NCBI GenBank assembly: GCA_951406725.2
Contig: OX597825.1
Location: 9,486,001 to 9,550,000, forward strand
Source of the DNA: Octopus vulgaris
Taxonomy: Eukaryota
DNA: 64,000 bases
Reading direction: 5' to 3'
Shown here piece after piece: positions 1 through 14,034 of this stretch. A program made the position numbers and the translations under genes. Numbering within the stretch: position 1 is the first letter of the stretch; every line of letters starts with the position of its first letter. The notes under the pieces are model-generated. The model saw nothing but the letters and a program-made list of their open reading frames with translations. It did not search any database and was not told the DNA's origin.

Positions 1-405
1 ACATACGCTGTCACATATATATATGTTCTAAAATATTTTTGTTTCATTATAATTAATGTGAAAAGGGTTGTCCATAAAGTTTAATAGAATTTCCGTGCAG
101 TGTAGAAAGTCCTTGATAGGAATCTATAACAAGACAAATTTGTTTGAGATCCCCTGTTTCAACTCCTTAATCACCAGCTAATGTGAGAGTTGCAGCCTTC
201 TATCCAATTACTCTCCGAGATGAATATTTAATTACTCTCTGACATCAAGGAAATTATATTTTTCGGATTATAGACACCCATTCTCGGAGTTCAAACGGTT
301 CTAATATGTACACCTGCATAACATTTCGATTCGGTGCAATTGATCTACAATCATTAACGAGTGTCATATTCCCATTGTGTGTGCGCGTGTGTGTGAGTGT
401 GTGCA

Positions 406-441
<36 letters not shown>

Positions 442-692
442 TGTGTATATATGAGTGTGTATATGTACATATATATGTGTGTGTGTGTATATATGAGTGT
501 GTATATGTACATATATATGTGTGTGTGTGTATATATATATATATACATATATATGTATATATATATATGTATATATATATATAATGTATATATATATATA
601 TATGTATGTATATATGTATATATGTATATATATATAAATATATATATACATATATTTATATATATATATATACATATATATGTATATATATA

Positions 693-750
<58 letters not shown>

Positions 751-974
751 CATTCAATGCATCCTTATCCTCTATTACTTCTGCTCGTGATCGGAGATGC
801 ACATATCGCCAGCCACTAAGGGACATACTCAATAGGTTAAGGTCAAGCAACTGACAAGCAAATCCGTGGTATTGAGCAGAATATTTGCTGCAGCCCATCT
901 CTTATACTAAGACAAAATATTCATTTCCAATTATTTGAGATCAGAAGCCATGAGAGCCAGTGGCTAGTAACGTA

Positions 975-1255
975 CCATCGTAAAGGAACATGAGTCGGTT
1001 GCAGGGGGTAAAATCAATGCCGACAAATCGATGGATTTGCGTTTCGGCTCCTGGAGAGGCAGGAAGATGCCATCAGACGGCGTAGTCGGACGCTGGGCCG
1101 ACGGACCTGCTAAAGTGTTCGGGGTCTGCTTTGGTTCCGACCTCCAGGTTGTTTAATGACTAGGACGAAATGGCGAACAGGGTGGCCAGTCTTACCCAGA
1201 AATGGTCTAAAAGAAAGCCGTCCCTGAAAAGTCGGGTGAATGTCGAAAACATTTG
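975..1255 (+). mobile_element. Tx1/L1-clade non-LTR retrotransposon RT fragment, degraded
   Basis: Manual translation gives KINADKSMDLRFGSWRGRKMPSDGVVGRWADGPAKVFGVCFGSDLQ, then after a frameshift RVASLTQKWSKRKPSLKSRVNVENI. This matches the L1/Tx1 RT C-terminal pattern KIN..KS...K.LGV.F...W..R.LSL.GR....N. Confidence 0.75.
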
Positions 1256-1399
1256 TAACCGTACAAACCTAATTTAACGACTTACAGAAAAAAAAGAGAG
1301 CGTTCAATTTTTGATTGTAATTTAATATATGAGTGCGTGACATTTTGATATATATGCATAAACGTATGTAAATACATACATACGTACATACATACATAA

Positions 1400-1462
<63 letters not shown>

Positions 1463-2224
1463 TGTATGTGTGTGTGTATACGTGTATGAGTGTACGTGTG
1501 TTTGGAGGTGGTGTTGTAGATATAATTATTTATGTTGATATTTGTACTTGTTATTCGTTTTATCATTTTAGCTTGTTTTGTTTCAGTGTATACATATGTT
1601 TCTGTCATATTTTTGAGACTCTACGCGTCTAAAAAAAGAAAAAAGTAAAACAAATGAAATGTTAGATGTAAATTTTGTCTGATACAAAAGAAAGTGGTAT
1701 ACAATAGAAGTCTAACAAATAAACATATATACACACATATAAACAAAAGATTTGAAACAATAGGAAGATAATAGCAGAGGAAAAAAAGTTTCGACTTATT
1801 TCGTTGCTTGAACTGATCTGTTGATAATATGAAACATAGGATAATGCTTAATTAAATTATATAATTTAGTTAATTAGAATTTCTAGGGAAACAACAACTC
1901 GTCTCTCACCGACAGATAAAGAAATAAGTAAAGAAATAAACAGATAAAGAAAGTACTAAAAATAATAATTTAAATATACTAAAAACAAATATAAAATGTA
2001 AATGTGTATAAGATAAATATAATTTGGAGCATATTAACATCATCAGTTTTAATGCGATAATATAGAAAAGAAATATATAACTCAACTAGTTTATGAGCTT
2101 TCGCTGGGGTTAGTTGATTACATTGTTTAAATAGGTATATGTATATGTACTTATAATAACAATATATGTATATATATACTATATATACTATTATTACTTT
2201 TTTTATTGTATTTTTGTATTTATA

Positions 2225-2510
2225 TTCGTGTAACATCGTCTTTTTTTCCGTCCTTGCTTTCGTATACATTCGATGCTTTTCCCAAGGAATATAATGCTCT
2301 TAACGCAGTTTTTCCTTGGGGCTGGCCAGATTGGAGCAATCTAAAGGTTAATCAGCCGAAATTGTGAGGATGATCCGGCTCTTGACTGAGGATAAAACGC
2401 TTCGAATGACCCATCCTGTTTTTTTTTGTATCGTCTATCTGGATGTTTTGTTGTCCCTTTTTGTATCACCTAGTTGTCTGGATGTTTTGCGTTCTTGTCC
2501 TATTTTGTAT
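2225..2510 (+). repeat. Short dispersed non-coding repeat (family G), ends at (TA)n
   Basis: 2345-2510 aligns by eye to the reverse complement of 56020-56150 (ttaatcagccgaaattg.gaggatgatccgg.tcttgactga.gat...gcttcgaatg). Confidence 0.7.
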
Positions 2511-2548
2511 TATATATATATATATATATAGTGGCGTACGTACACTTT

Positions 2549-2620
<72 letters not shown>

Positions 2621-3874
2621 CAGGGGTTGGTCAAAATAATGGAAACAACTTAAAATTTCATACAAATTTATTTTCATATGTGGTAGGACCGCCTTTCGCA
2701 GTAATTACATCTTGAATTCTACGAGGTATGCACTCGGGCAAAGTTTGAATTGTTTCCAAAGGAATTTTTGTCTATTCTTCAGCTAAATCAGTCTCCAGTT
2801 CCAGTGATGATGATGATGGAGGATATGGACTCCTTACTTGTTTTTCTAAAATGCACCATAAATGTTCAATAATATTGAGATCTGGAGACTGTGGTGACCA
2901 GATAAGATGTTCAACTTGACTAGAATGTTGCATTCAGTAACAACTTTAGCTGTGTGAATTGATGCATTATCATCCTTAAAGATTGCATTTCCCTCTGGAT
3001 ATAGTTCCGCAAACATAGGATGAATTTGATCAGATAAAAGGCTTAAATAGTCTTGACTATTAATTCTGCCATGGATTTCCAAGATATGCCCCCCCCCCCC
3101 CCCGCGCACGCGATCATCACAGATCCTTCTCCATGTTTAACCGTTGGAAGAAGGGAGTCTAGGTCAAATGCTTCTTTTGACTGTCTCCACACGTATACTC
3201 GGCTGGTGGTCGGAAATAAGATAAAGGATGATTCGTCCGAGAAAATAACATTCTTCCACTGCTCTAGGGACCAATTCGGTAAGTTTTTATACCACTCTAA
3301 ACGCCTTGCAACGTTTGTAGTGGTTTTCTGATTACAGGCCCTCCCGTGAAATCGGCTTTGTGCAGCTCCGGCGGACAGTTTTTGGGGGAACTGGGTTCCC
3401 CAGATGGTCATTGAGCTCTGCAGTAATTTTGGGAGCTGTAATTTTGTGATCCTTTCTAACAATTCGTGTAAGAGTTCAACAGTCCCTATCTGAAAGTTTT
3501 GGTTTTCTTCCGGAGTTTTGTTTCGACGAACGAGGACGTTCTTCCCTCTTTCTCAAAGGCTGTCATTACTTTCGAGACAGTACTTCTTGATCCACCAAGC
3601 ATTCCGGCTGTTTTCGTTACGCTAGCGCCTGCCATACGAGCACTAATAATTTGTCCTCTTTGAAAGTCTGATAGATTTGTCATTTTAATGAATTTTAATT
3701 ACCTTTTTCTGATGATATCTGAAAAGAAACAGCAATTTTAGCAAAACATATTAAGGAACACTAATAATAAATAAAAAAAAACATGAAAATAAACACGCTT
3801 GTGGCGGTTTTATAGATATTTCAAAATCATGATGCTATGATGCTTGGTGTTTCTATTATTTTGTTCAACCCCAG
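2621..3874 (-). mobile_element. Tc1-like DNA transposon, near full length, frameshifted transposase
   Basis: Imperfect ~27-bp TIRs (CAGGGGTTGGTCAAAATAATGGAAACA / TGTTTCTATTATTTTGTTCAACCCCAG) with TA on both sides. Minus-strand pieces: MTNLSDFQRGQII..SRSTVSKV (HTH), WKNVIFSDESSF, FKDDNASIHTAK, WSPQSPDLNIIEHLW. Spacing is DD34E if one base is restored. Confidence 0.95.
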
Positions 3875-4299
3875 TATATATACTTATATGCATATACATA
3901 TATGTGTGTGAGCATTAGTATATGTGCATGCATGTGTATGTGCGGTGTGTTTATATGTCTACATATATATATATAGAGACGCCCCTGAATAATGTATTTA
4001 CGTATAGTCTATTGTATTATAGTAAATGAGGTTTATGTTGGCAAAAAACGTTGATGATATTTGTAAACTCGGCAGATTATGACGTTTGTGAATCAATGAT
4101 AGCTATCATATGTTCGCTAATACGGAGTGTGTATATAATCTTCTTTTAAATGGATGTACATGGGATAATTATATTTCGTATGACTATTTTTTGTGGTTTC
4201 TCTCTGTTTAATAGTGCAGATGACTTTTGAAGTCCTGTATCGCTAAGCTTGATACAGTTTGTATTTGACATAACAGTTCCATCGATATTACGGTATGAT

Positions 4300-4591
4300 G
4301 GGATCGACAAAACTATCAAATGATGTAATACATCGCTGACCACAATGCACTTTGTATCGTTTTTGTCTTTTTAATGATGCTACCCAACTGGCTAGGCGAG
4401 CAGGCCAACATTTTCCTTTATTGGAAGGGTAGTCCGTTACAGGGTTACCCATTTATAGCTGAGTAAACTTGGAGCAATGTGAAATGAAGTGTTTTGCCCA
4501 AGAGCACAACGTGCAGCCGGTTTGAAAATCGAAACCACGATCTCGTGACCGTCAGTGCAACACCCTTAACCGCCAGGCCAAGTGCCTGCAC
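4300..4591 (-). mobile_element. tRNA-derived SINE (family D core with family C-type tail)
   Basis: A/B-box-like head at the right end. Core gttgtgctcttgggcaaaacacttcatttcacattgctcca is shared with 23077, 23800 and 49750. Tail 4315-4410 matches 31341-31436. Confidence 0.75.
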
Positions 4592-4781
4592 CATCGATGC
4601 ATACACATGAGAAAAATGTGAGTGCGCTGAATTGATGAGAGGCCTGGACATTGTATAGACCTGATTCGAGGTAGTTCTATAATTATGAAATTCAGAATAC
4701 TAGAAGTCGTTGTGATAACGCTGGAACTACAACAGAGGGTAGAAAGCACCAAAATGCATTCAATGATATTGATGTTCTTAA

Positions 4782-5187
4782 GGCGGCAAGCTGGCAGAAA
4801 TGTTAGCACGCCGGGCGAAATGCTTAGTGGTATTTCGTCTGCCGCTACGTTCTGAGTTCAAATTCCGCCGAGGTGGACTTTGCCTTTCATCCTTTCGTGT
4901 TCGATTAAATAAGTACCAGCTACGCACAGGGGTCGATATATTCGACTTAATCCGTTTGTCTGTCCTTGTTTGTCCCTTGTGTTTAGCCTCTTGTGGGTAG
5001 TAAAGAAATAGGTATTTCGTCTGTCGTTACGTTCTGGGTTCAAATTCCGCCGAGGTCGACTTAGTCTTTCATCCTTCGTGATCGATTAAATAAGAACCAT
5101 TAAGCATTGGTGGGGGGGTCGATGTGATCTACTTAATCCCTTGTTTGTTCCCTCTATGTTTAGCCCCCTGTGGGCAATAAAGAAATA
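4782..5187 (+). mobile_element. tRNA-derived SINE family B, dimer with 11-bp TSD
   Basis: Head ggcggcaagctggcagaaa...gagttcaaattcc, second unit from ~5011. The direct repeat GATGTTCTTAA at 4771-4781 and 5188-5198 flanks both units. Confidence 0.9.
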
Positions 5188-6454
5188 GATGTTCTTAAAG
5201 TATGGCCTCAGATCGATCAGACTTATAATCAAAGACAAAGACATTCCAGCGGTGATCATCCACACTTGTGGTATATGCCGGTCTATATTAATCAATGTGT
5301 CTGTGTTTCGACCTAAACTTAGTTGCTGCTTTACTGGTAAGCAAGGTTTCTAGCTCCTTTATGAGCTTGAAGTAAGACAGTTTTACTGAAAATGTATTTA
5401 CTAATCAGTGGTAAGGTGTCTTCTTCAATATGTTCAAAGCTGTTTCTAGCTGTAACACCGATGCGCCGATTAAGCTATGAAAAATATGTGACCTAAGGTT
5501 CAAAACGGATCAGCTGTTAGTAAATGATGAAGTTCTAATTAGGACAGGATTCTTATGCTGAATAAGGCACACCTAAGCATAGTGAAGGTTTGATGAACAG
5601 TTCATGGTTATGTGTAGAATTACCTTGGTCTTGTGAAAATTATTATCTAATATTCAATGGACCCCTGTTCCCTGAAAATTTGATATACAATCTTGTTGTT
5701 TCTCTGGAGGGTCATTATACCACACTCGTTCAACATCACTAATTGATTGTTTGTCAATTGGTTAAATCTCTAGCCAACCAAATCAAATCGATCGTTTGTT
5801 CAATGTGCTGGTTAAACAATCAATCTGTTGTTTGTTTGTTGAAGTCCTTTCGTCGCTTTTCGCGACTTTTTCGGTGATTTGCCCTCGCGATCTGCTCTGT
5901 GTCTGTCAGAGAATTTGGTCTTATACCTACGTGTCTGTGTGCATGTAGATGTGAATATTTGTAGATACACACAGTTTGTTGAATAATTCCTTCATGACAC
6001 AATAGCGAATGGTTAATCCGATATGACAATTCCGATCCGAGTGGGATGGAATTGTATTTGAAAAGTTTGAAAGATAACAGACGCAGTGGAAATATTTCAT
6101 GGTAACAAGTGCTATAAAATTATATTCAATGAGCTTGTAAAGGGGCTACCAATGGTTATAGTTATTTTGCTCATTTCAAGAGATTTTACCGAGAGCATAT
6201 TTTTTTTTGCCTGGGTTTAACTATATGTGCTGAGTATATACTATTTTCTTCTGAATCTATTACAACTATATATATATGTGTGTTCTTCAACCATGCAGGG
6301 TAACATTTAAAAAGCCACTTTTTGATCCAGGAGCCCGTTCTATTCATTGCTACTTATTTTACTCACCTAGGGAGAATACATGGCGAAGTGGACATTGGGC
6401 TAATACAAACGTGTGTATAACCAAATCAAAGAATATACTTTGTATGAGGCTGTA

Positions 6455-6820
6455 CAGATTCAGGTTCAGTTCCACTGCGTGGCACCTTGGGAAGATGTAT
6501 TCTACTGTAGCCTCAGGCTGACCAAAGCCTTGTGAGTGGATTTGGTTGATGGAAACTGAAAGAAGCCTGTCGTATATATATATGTAAGCATTTATGCATG
6601 TATGTATTTGTGTGTCTGTGTTTGTCCCCCACCCCCACACTATCACATGACAACTGACGTTAGTGTGTTTACGTCCGTGTAACTTAGCGATTCGTAAAAG
6701 AGACCGATACAATAAGTATTAGGCTTAGAAAGAATAAGTCCTGGTATTGATTTCTTCGATTAAAGGTGGTGTTCCAGCATGGCCGCAGTCAAATGACTGA
6801 AACAAGTAAATGAATAAGAG
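6455..6820 (+). mobile_element. tRNA-derived SINE family A, 5' truncated
   Basis: Collinear with the full copy at 50290-50709 (ggttcagttccactgcgtggcaccttggg...gtcaaatgactgaaacaagtaaa). Confidence 0.9.
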
Positions 6821-6880
<60 letters not shown>

Positions 6881-6889
6881 CATACATAT

Positions 6890-7036
6890 ATAAGCAACAA
6901 GGATATCCAGATGTATGCAGTACAATCGTTTCAGGCGACATCATTTCATCACCTTATTTTGAAATTGTATGGATAATACCGCACTTAATTCTGGTGCCTC
7001 AGCTTAAGTACCATATTCATCTGAATGTAAATTTTT

Positions 7037-7040
<4 letters not shown>
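6890..7040. repeat. HHR-family element fragment with internal inversion
   Basis: 6962-7028 (+) matches the reverse complement of 51968-52033. 6915-6954 (-) reads stem II AGGUGAU/GUCGCCU-GAAA-CGAUUG-UA, the 3' half of an HHR. Confidence 0.5.
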
Positions 7041-7086
<46 letters not shown>

Positions 7087-7157
7087 ATACATTACACCAA
7101 ACACGTTCTTTTCTTTCTGTTATTTGTCCTTTCACCATTTGTTTTCTTGCCTCATTC

Positions 7158-7193
7158 CTTTCAGTAGAAGAGCGTAGGATCGAAACGTCAAAG
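7158..7193 (+). ncRNA. Degenerate minimal type-I hammerhead motif in family F repeat (7085-7275)
   Basis: CUUU-CAGUAGA-A-GAGC(GUAG)GAUC-GAAA-CG-UC-AAAG. Stem I CUUU/AAAG is intact and the core is mutated. Homologous to 12820-12857. Confidence 0.5.
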
Positions 7194-7828
7194 ACCGTTC
7201 CATTTTCTTAGCGTCAAACTAAAACACGTTGTTTGTAGATACCTTAGCTGTCTGTGTCGTTTTTTTAAAAACTATTTTGAACGTGCGTGAGAGAGAGAGA
7301 GAGAGAGAGTTTGTATGTGTGTGTATATCTATACATACAAACACACATATATACACATATATACACACTCACATACAGAAAAGAGTACAGTAATAAATTT
7401 ATTTATATAAATTTTGCTTCAATTTCAAGTTCATGCGCGGCAATGTAACATTTTTGTTCATGCGTATTTGATAAGTTAAAAAGCTCAAGCATCAGTGTAT
7501 AACCGTAACAGTTTAATACGTATAAGAAAGTTGGTATTCAGTGCAACGTTGTAATTTTGGTTGCTTTAGCTTTGTGGGTTTATGTCTCTCTGTGTTTGTT
7601 GACGTATAGAAATGTTTTTGCACTATTTTTATGTTATCTGCGTATATCTGTTACCAAATGTGTATGTATATATGCGCTGCTAAAATTTCCATATAATTTT
7701 CGCGTGTTTTGTGATAAACATATTCTAACGTATAGGTGCGTGAGTTTGTGAATACATACGTGCGTACATATAACCATAGATACATACAAACATATGTATA
7801 TATGTGTGTGTCTATATATATATATACG

Positions 7829-7860
<32 letters not shown>

Positions 7861-7870
7861 TATATATATA

Positions 7871-7944
<74 letters not shown>

Positions 7945-9133
7945 CATACATACATACATACACATATATATATGAAGATGCATGTATATATATATTTGTG
8001 CATATATATGTATGCATGGATGTATATGCGTGCGTATGTTTACATATGAATGTGAGTGGGTCCGTGTGTGTGTGTGCTTGTGTGTGTGTGTGTGTGATTC
8101 TTAATCCTAGGTTTCTGGGTGTATGCAGTTGCACGTGAATGTAGTTTTTACTTGAATTCATGTATGTTCCCCATATTGCTGTATTCGTGTCTACACAGGC
8201 ACACACACACATGCACACGAGCGCACAGCCACATAGAGACACACACACACACAAATACACACATACACATTTAATCTCTCTCTATATATATATGTGTATA
8301 TATAACCACCTGCTTCCCTACTTAGACATGTGTACATACGCACTTAAGTACATACAGACCCATGCATATGTGATTGTGTATATGTCTACATGTGTATGTA
8401 TGTATGTATGTATGTATGTATGTATAAGTGTATACGTGTATGTATGTGTATAAATGTATGTATGTGTATGTGTGTGTATGTGTATGTAAGCGTGTTAAGT
8501 GTCAACCGATGCGTTTTTCCATGAACATCTAAATAGTTTTTTATGAGTTGTACATTTAAGTGAGGAGTTGTGTGGTGCGTAGATGTTCAACATACATCAT
8601 ATCTCGCTTTTATGCGTATATTCTGTGTGTGAATATGCATATACCTGAGAACGAGTGTATCATAATGTATACACAAGTATATATGTTTGTATATATTTCG
8701 ATATATTAGGTAGTGAAGTAGTTACACATGTCAAAATTGAAAAAGGATTTACGGATTCTATCTGTTATAAATATCAGTGAAACCAGAGATCTGCCCTTGC
8801 TAATAGCACATTCATATAAAGACCTCTGCCTTGTGGCTTCCTGATTGGGCCTAAATTTTTAATATCAGTTCTCACGTACTCACACATACACACACATACA
8901 GGCATACCCATGTGTACATATGTATACACATATAGACGCATATATGTATATATATATATATATATATATGCATACATAGATATGTATGCATATATATACA
9001 CGTTAAATGCACAAGCACTTAAAATGCGTTGCTTCTAGTTTGCGTGTATATCAAGATATAACATAGATATACACCTATGCATATTCATTTATATATGCAT
9101 AAGTACATATATGCATAGATATTATATAGTATT

Positions 9134-9193
<60 letters not shown>

Positions 9194-9308
9194 TAGATAC
9201 CTATATATATACACATATATATATGTATATATATATAGACATACATACATTCATACATATATATAGACATACATTCATAGATACACACACACACACACAC
9301 AAGTATAT

Positions 9309-9369
<61 letters not shown>

Positions 9370-9459
9370 CATACACACACACATATATATATATACATAC
9401 ATATATACACACACATATATATATGCACACACACACACACACGTATGCATGTTTATTTA

Positions 9460-9645
9460 TATACTTTTATATTCTTGCCTAACAAGATCCCACCCCTAAT
9501 CTTTCACTTACCCGCCCATATACCTAACCTGTTATCTTTTTGCTCTTTCTCTCTGGTATCACGTTGCCAACTTCGCGCCGCCGCTTCTTAAGCAATTTAA
9601 ATATCTTCCCAAACTCCAATTAAGTTTAAGCCACGCCTTTTCCTC
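9460..9645 (+). repeat. Unclassified dispersed repeat followed by (CT)-rich tract
   Basis: Similar to 19465-19640 (ccatata..ctgttatct..ctctttct..ctggtatcac..ttg..acttc..aatttaaata..gccacgcc). Confidence 0.65.
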
Positions 9646-10543
9646 AAACTCCATCTCTCTCTCCCCTTCTCTCCACCTCTCCCCTTCTCTCCACCTCTCT
9701 CCTTCTCTCCACCTCTCCCCTATCTCCTCCTATCCCTCTCTCTCTCTCTCTTTCGCTCTCTCTTTTCCGTTCCCTCTCTCCGTCTTGTTTGTCACCCAGT
9801 CTCTCATTTACCAACCTATATAATTTCACTTCCTTAATATACGTACATATTATACTTTTCGATAAATATATATATATATTTGTTTGTATTTGTGTGATTT
9901 TCTTTCTTTTTATGAGTAGAAAGAAGCAGAATAGTGCACCTGACGTTTGAAGGGCCTCGCACAGAGCTGTTGGTCGATGCATTTAATGCCCTACTTTAAA
10001 CTTCCACAAATGCATGTATGTAAAAGTTGTGGGTAGGAGAGTGGTTGATTTCCGGGTGGAGATAAGACATGAATGAGTACAATGTTTAACCCTAGGTTTA
10101 TGAGGTCGAATCAAGTTCAGATGACAGGAAATAAATACTGAATCAGCTTGTTTGGAACCGGTTGCATGGAATTGTACAAGAACAGTTACTGGGGTGAGGG
10201 AAACGATGTGATCCATGTACTTCAAGGTGTTGATGGTGCAGTTTGTCCTGAGATCGATTTATGTTCAGAACCATTCCAGCTGTGACCATCAAACCTTTTT
10301 GTATATCTGGGTTTACATGGTACATTGCATATGTCTTTGTTGAGACGTTTAAATCGGAAGACTTTGCTGTTAATTCTAGCAGATCAATTAATCGGGTAAT
10401 AACTCGCTCATCGATTTTTGAGTTGAAAGTTGCATCGTTTCAGTAAAAAGGTATTTGATAATCGGATGGAATTTTTTTGCATGAGCGACATCTGGATTTT
10501 ATTAGGGGGTTAAGTGTACTGGTTTCACGAAAAACTGTTTCCT

Positions 10544-10580
<37 letters not shown>

Positions 10581-10589
10581 CGTATACAC

Positions 10590-10643
<54 letters not shown>

Positions 10644-12164
10644 ATGTATGTATGTATGTATGTATGTATGTATGTATGTATAAGAAGATTAGTCAGTCAG
10701 GCTCTGTTGAAATTAAGGAGCTGATGTCTACCCATGGAAAAGTTGATCCGGTGTGGGTGTTGTGTTGATCGACTTTAACACACGATGATAAAGCAAAGGA
10801 ATTTGACGAAAAGGTTCCGATGCCAACCGAATGGAGTTCATTGCAGAGCAACTCATATACAAGTTACTTATTGCTATGACGTACGACTTCTGGTCGTCAC
10901 TGTTATATCTGAACTGTTATAATATCAAACGTTCCTGATGTTCTCTTATACTTCTCCAACTGTGTATCTTCAACAAACACTCCGCTAAAACTCTATTCAC
11001 TAATACATACAACCTGTAACACTTCTCAGACTGTTCTACGCATGCTCGTTTATAATAGTTAGTATAGTTCACTTAGCCAATCACGGCGGTGTACAGTTTC
11101 CTCATATCACACTTATGCAAGACACAGTTGTGTTATAGTCCTTCTAGTTGATTACACGGACTATAACATAGCTTTCTCCGCACTTCTTTGGGGCAGCAAC
11201 AACTTTAAAACAGTTTGCTTACTTCAGGACTTTCAAGCAGGTACGAAACTTTTGTTCGTATGCGTTTTCCAATTTACTTTTGTCTATGAGTAAAAACTAC
11301 AGAACACATAGCAAGTTTGATATAATACGGCCATATTTTCAACGTAGGCCCACGGAAACAATTTTAAATTACAAAACGTTACATTAGGTGAGTGTCTAAT
11401 AATAAGGCCTTGACACTCACTTTCAGCAATAATTTGGATTCAGTTTAGGCTTGAAACTTTTTGCAACGAAGAGTATATTTTATGCATAATTATAATTAGA
11501 TTCTTCCCTACTCTTGTACTCTCTCTCTCTCTCTCTCTCTCTATCTCTGTCTCTCTTTCTCCCTCACTCTCTCTATCTCTATCTCTGTCTCTCTTTCTCC
11601 CTCACTCCCTCTCTCTCTCACACACGCACTTACACACACATACATACACAGTCTTACACAGTCTTACACACATACACTCACACACACTCATGCACACATA
11701 CATACAAACTCACACACACACATACACACATACATACATTCACACACACTCACACACACATATACACTCACACACACATATACATATACACTCTCACACA
11801 CACATACACTCACACACACCCACACACATGCATACATTCACACACACTCACACGTGTACACACATTTTCTTTCGGAAATGATTAGGTTGAGCAATGCAAG
11901 TTCCTGTTGCACACAGTTCATACAGTCACTTTCTCCAGAAAGTAGACGGAGTGAACAATTTTAGTGTTAATGTACAATGCGCTACGCTATTTCCTTATAG
12001 AAGGAAGGACCAATGGAAAGAAGAAAAAAAAACGAGAAAAGGACATACAAAAATAAGCTATTGATAAAAAAAAATTAAAAGCACAGAACGGAGGGAAGAA
12101 CGCAAAATTGAAAACGAAAAATGGCTGGTCATTCGAGAAGCCCAACATGAACGAAAGCCGTTCG

Positions 12165-12500
12165 GAAAGGAATGTTTTGCTGCTATCGCAAAATTCCAAT
12201 AAGGTTAATGGGCTTTGCAATGGAACAAGGATTCCTATTACCCATTTATATGAACGCATGGTTGAAGTTGACATTGTCACAGAAGGTTAATATTATGGAA
12301 AACATTGCAGTTCCAAGAAATAAATCCCGATCTACTGGCACCGTTCTGACATTTATCCCTTATGCCCTTGTAGTTTCCAGTTTAAATGACATTCGCAAAG
12401 GCCGTCCGTCACTGAATGAAATAGGTATGTTCTCCCAACTGATATACAAGCGCATGGTGAATTACATGCAGTTCTGTATGTCGAGAACTACATGAACAGC
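12165..12500 (+). mobile_element. Helitron PIF1-like helicase fragment, degraded
   Basis: ORF 12108-12290 ends VLLLSQNSNKVNGLCNGTRIPITHLYERMVEVDIVTEG, the Helitron helicase motif LLRNL...GLCNGTRL. Confidence 0.7.
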
Positions 12501-12684
12501 GAAGTGGAAAGGTTGCAGGTATAGTAGCAACAGGAAAAAAAACATTACGAAAATTTCCGAACATTGACGTTTTCAGAGTTTAAACTATCTCGACTATTTT
12601 CATCAACAGCATACTTAACTGAATGTGGCTGTGTGGTCAGAATCTTGCTTCACATGTTTCCGGGTACAGTTTCACTGCGTAACA

Positions 12685-12746
<62 letters not shown>

Positions 12747-12819
12747 ACGCCATGATAGATCGTTAGCTCCTACACGCATTTTTTCTCTCCTTGTTTCTCT
12801 CCTTGTTTTTTTCTGTGTA

Positions 12820-12857
12820 TCTTTCTGTCGAAGAGCGTAGGCTCGAAACGTAAAATA
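12820..12857 (+). ncRNA. Degenerate minimal type-I hammerhead motif in family F repeat (12748-12950)
   Basis: UUU-CUGUCGA-A-GAGC(GUAG)GCUC-GAAA-CG-UA-AAA. Stem II is perfect, stem III is the palindrome ACGU, and the core has A6U. The element lies between (TA)n tracts. Confidence 0.55.
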
Positions 12858-12948
12858 CTTTTTTTTATTCCTGAGCGCTATACTAATACATTTGTTTGTT
12901 TGTACTCCACCTGCCTTCGTCTTTTGTTTATTTTCGTAAACCTTCCCG

Positions 12949-12991
<43 letters not shown>

Positions 12992-13378
12992 TATATATAT
13001 GCATATATGTGTGAGAGATTACTGTTTCGGTAATTATCAAATGTCTCAACATACAGCAGAAATACCCCGAAATCTCACTTTTTAAAATTTCACACAAGAA
13101 TTAATCCTCCGATTTGCTTTGCTAATCAAAATACTTTCTTTAGATCAGTGATTTAAAGTTAAGTTTATTTTGAATATTATTTTAAAGGATATTCACAGAA
13201 CAAAGCCTTTCGTTTCATGTAGTGGTAAAACCATTGATCCTTCATGTACCTGATATTACTCCTTGTCGTAAAAGACTGTGATTTTAATTTAGAGCTTCAT
13301 TTAAAATATGCTACACACAAGGCTTTATCTCAATCTGCCCTCCCTAAAGTGGATGCAGGCTGGATCCAAGTAACAAGG

Positions 13379-13461
<83 letters not shown>

Positions 13462-13578
13462 AGTGCCTGGGTATGGGGGTATGTGGGTATATGTAAGCAT
13501 ATACATACATACATATATGAGTACCGCTTGTGATTTTTTTCCTCTGTTTTCCCTTTTTGGGATCTTTCCTTCTCCTAT

Positions 13579-13613
13579 GTTTCCGACGAAGAGCTCCGCC
13601 CGAAACGTTAAAC
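13579..13613 (+). ncRNA. Minimal hammerhead motif (U4C core) in family E repeat (13520-13725)
   Basis: GUUU-CCGACGA-A-GAGC(UCC)GCCC-GAAA-CG-UU-AAAC. Same family as 14652-14848 and 47325-47530. Confidence 0.6.
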
Positions 13614-13724
13614 CCTCCTTCTTCCCTTCTTTCCTGAGCGTCCAATAATACTTTATTTGTTCCACGTCCTCGCGTAGTTGTGTTTTTTTGTTTTTTTTTG
13701 TGTGTTTTCTTGTTTGGATTAACT

Positions 13725-13769
<45 letters not shown>

Positions 13770-13878
13770 TACGTATGTATATATTTATATATATATATAC
13801 ATACACATATATATATATATATCGGACTATATAAGAGAAATCTTCATATATATATATATGTGGTTATATAACCGGACC

Positions 13879-14034
<156 letters not shown>

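Noticed and set aside
2380-2415. CUGANGA in family G (also 56085-56110, minus) as a hammerhead
   Set aside because: It is followed by GAAU rather than GAAA and I could not find a stem I partner.
5838-5880. Minus-strand CCGAAAA-A-GUCGC(GAAAA)GCGAC-GAAA-GGACUU hammerhead-like motif
   Set aside because: Stem II is good but there is no stem I pairing and the core has two substitutions. Possibly a relic, not counted.
10700-11200. Possible solo LTR (TGTTG...CAACA) with an 11-bp hairpin at 11131-11168
   Set aside because: No matching TSD and no second copy in the window.
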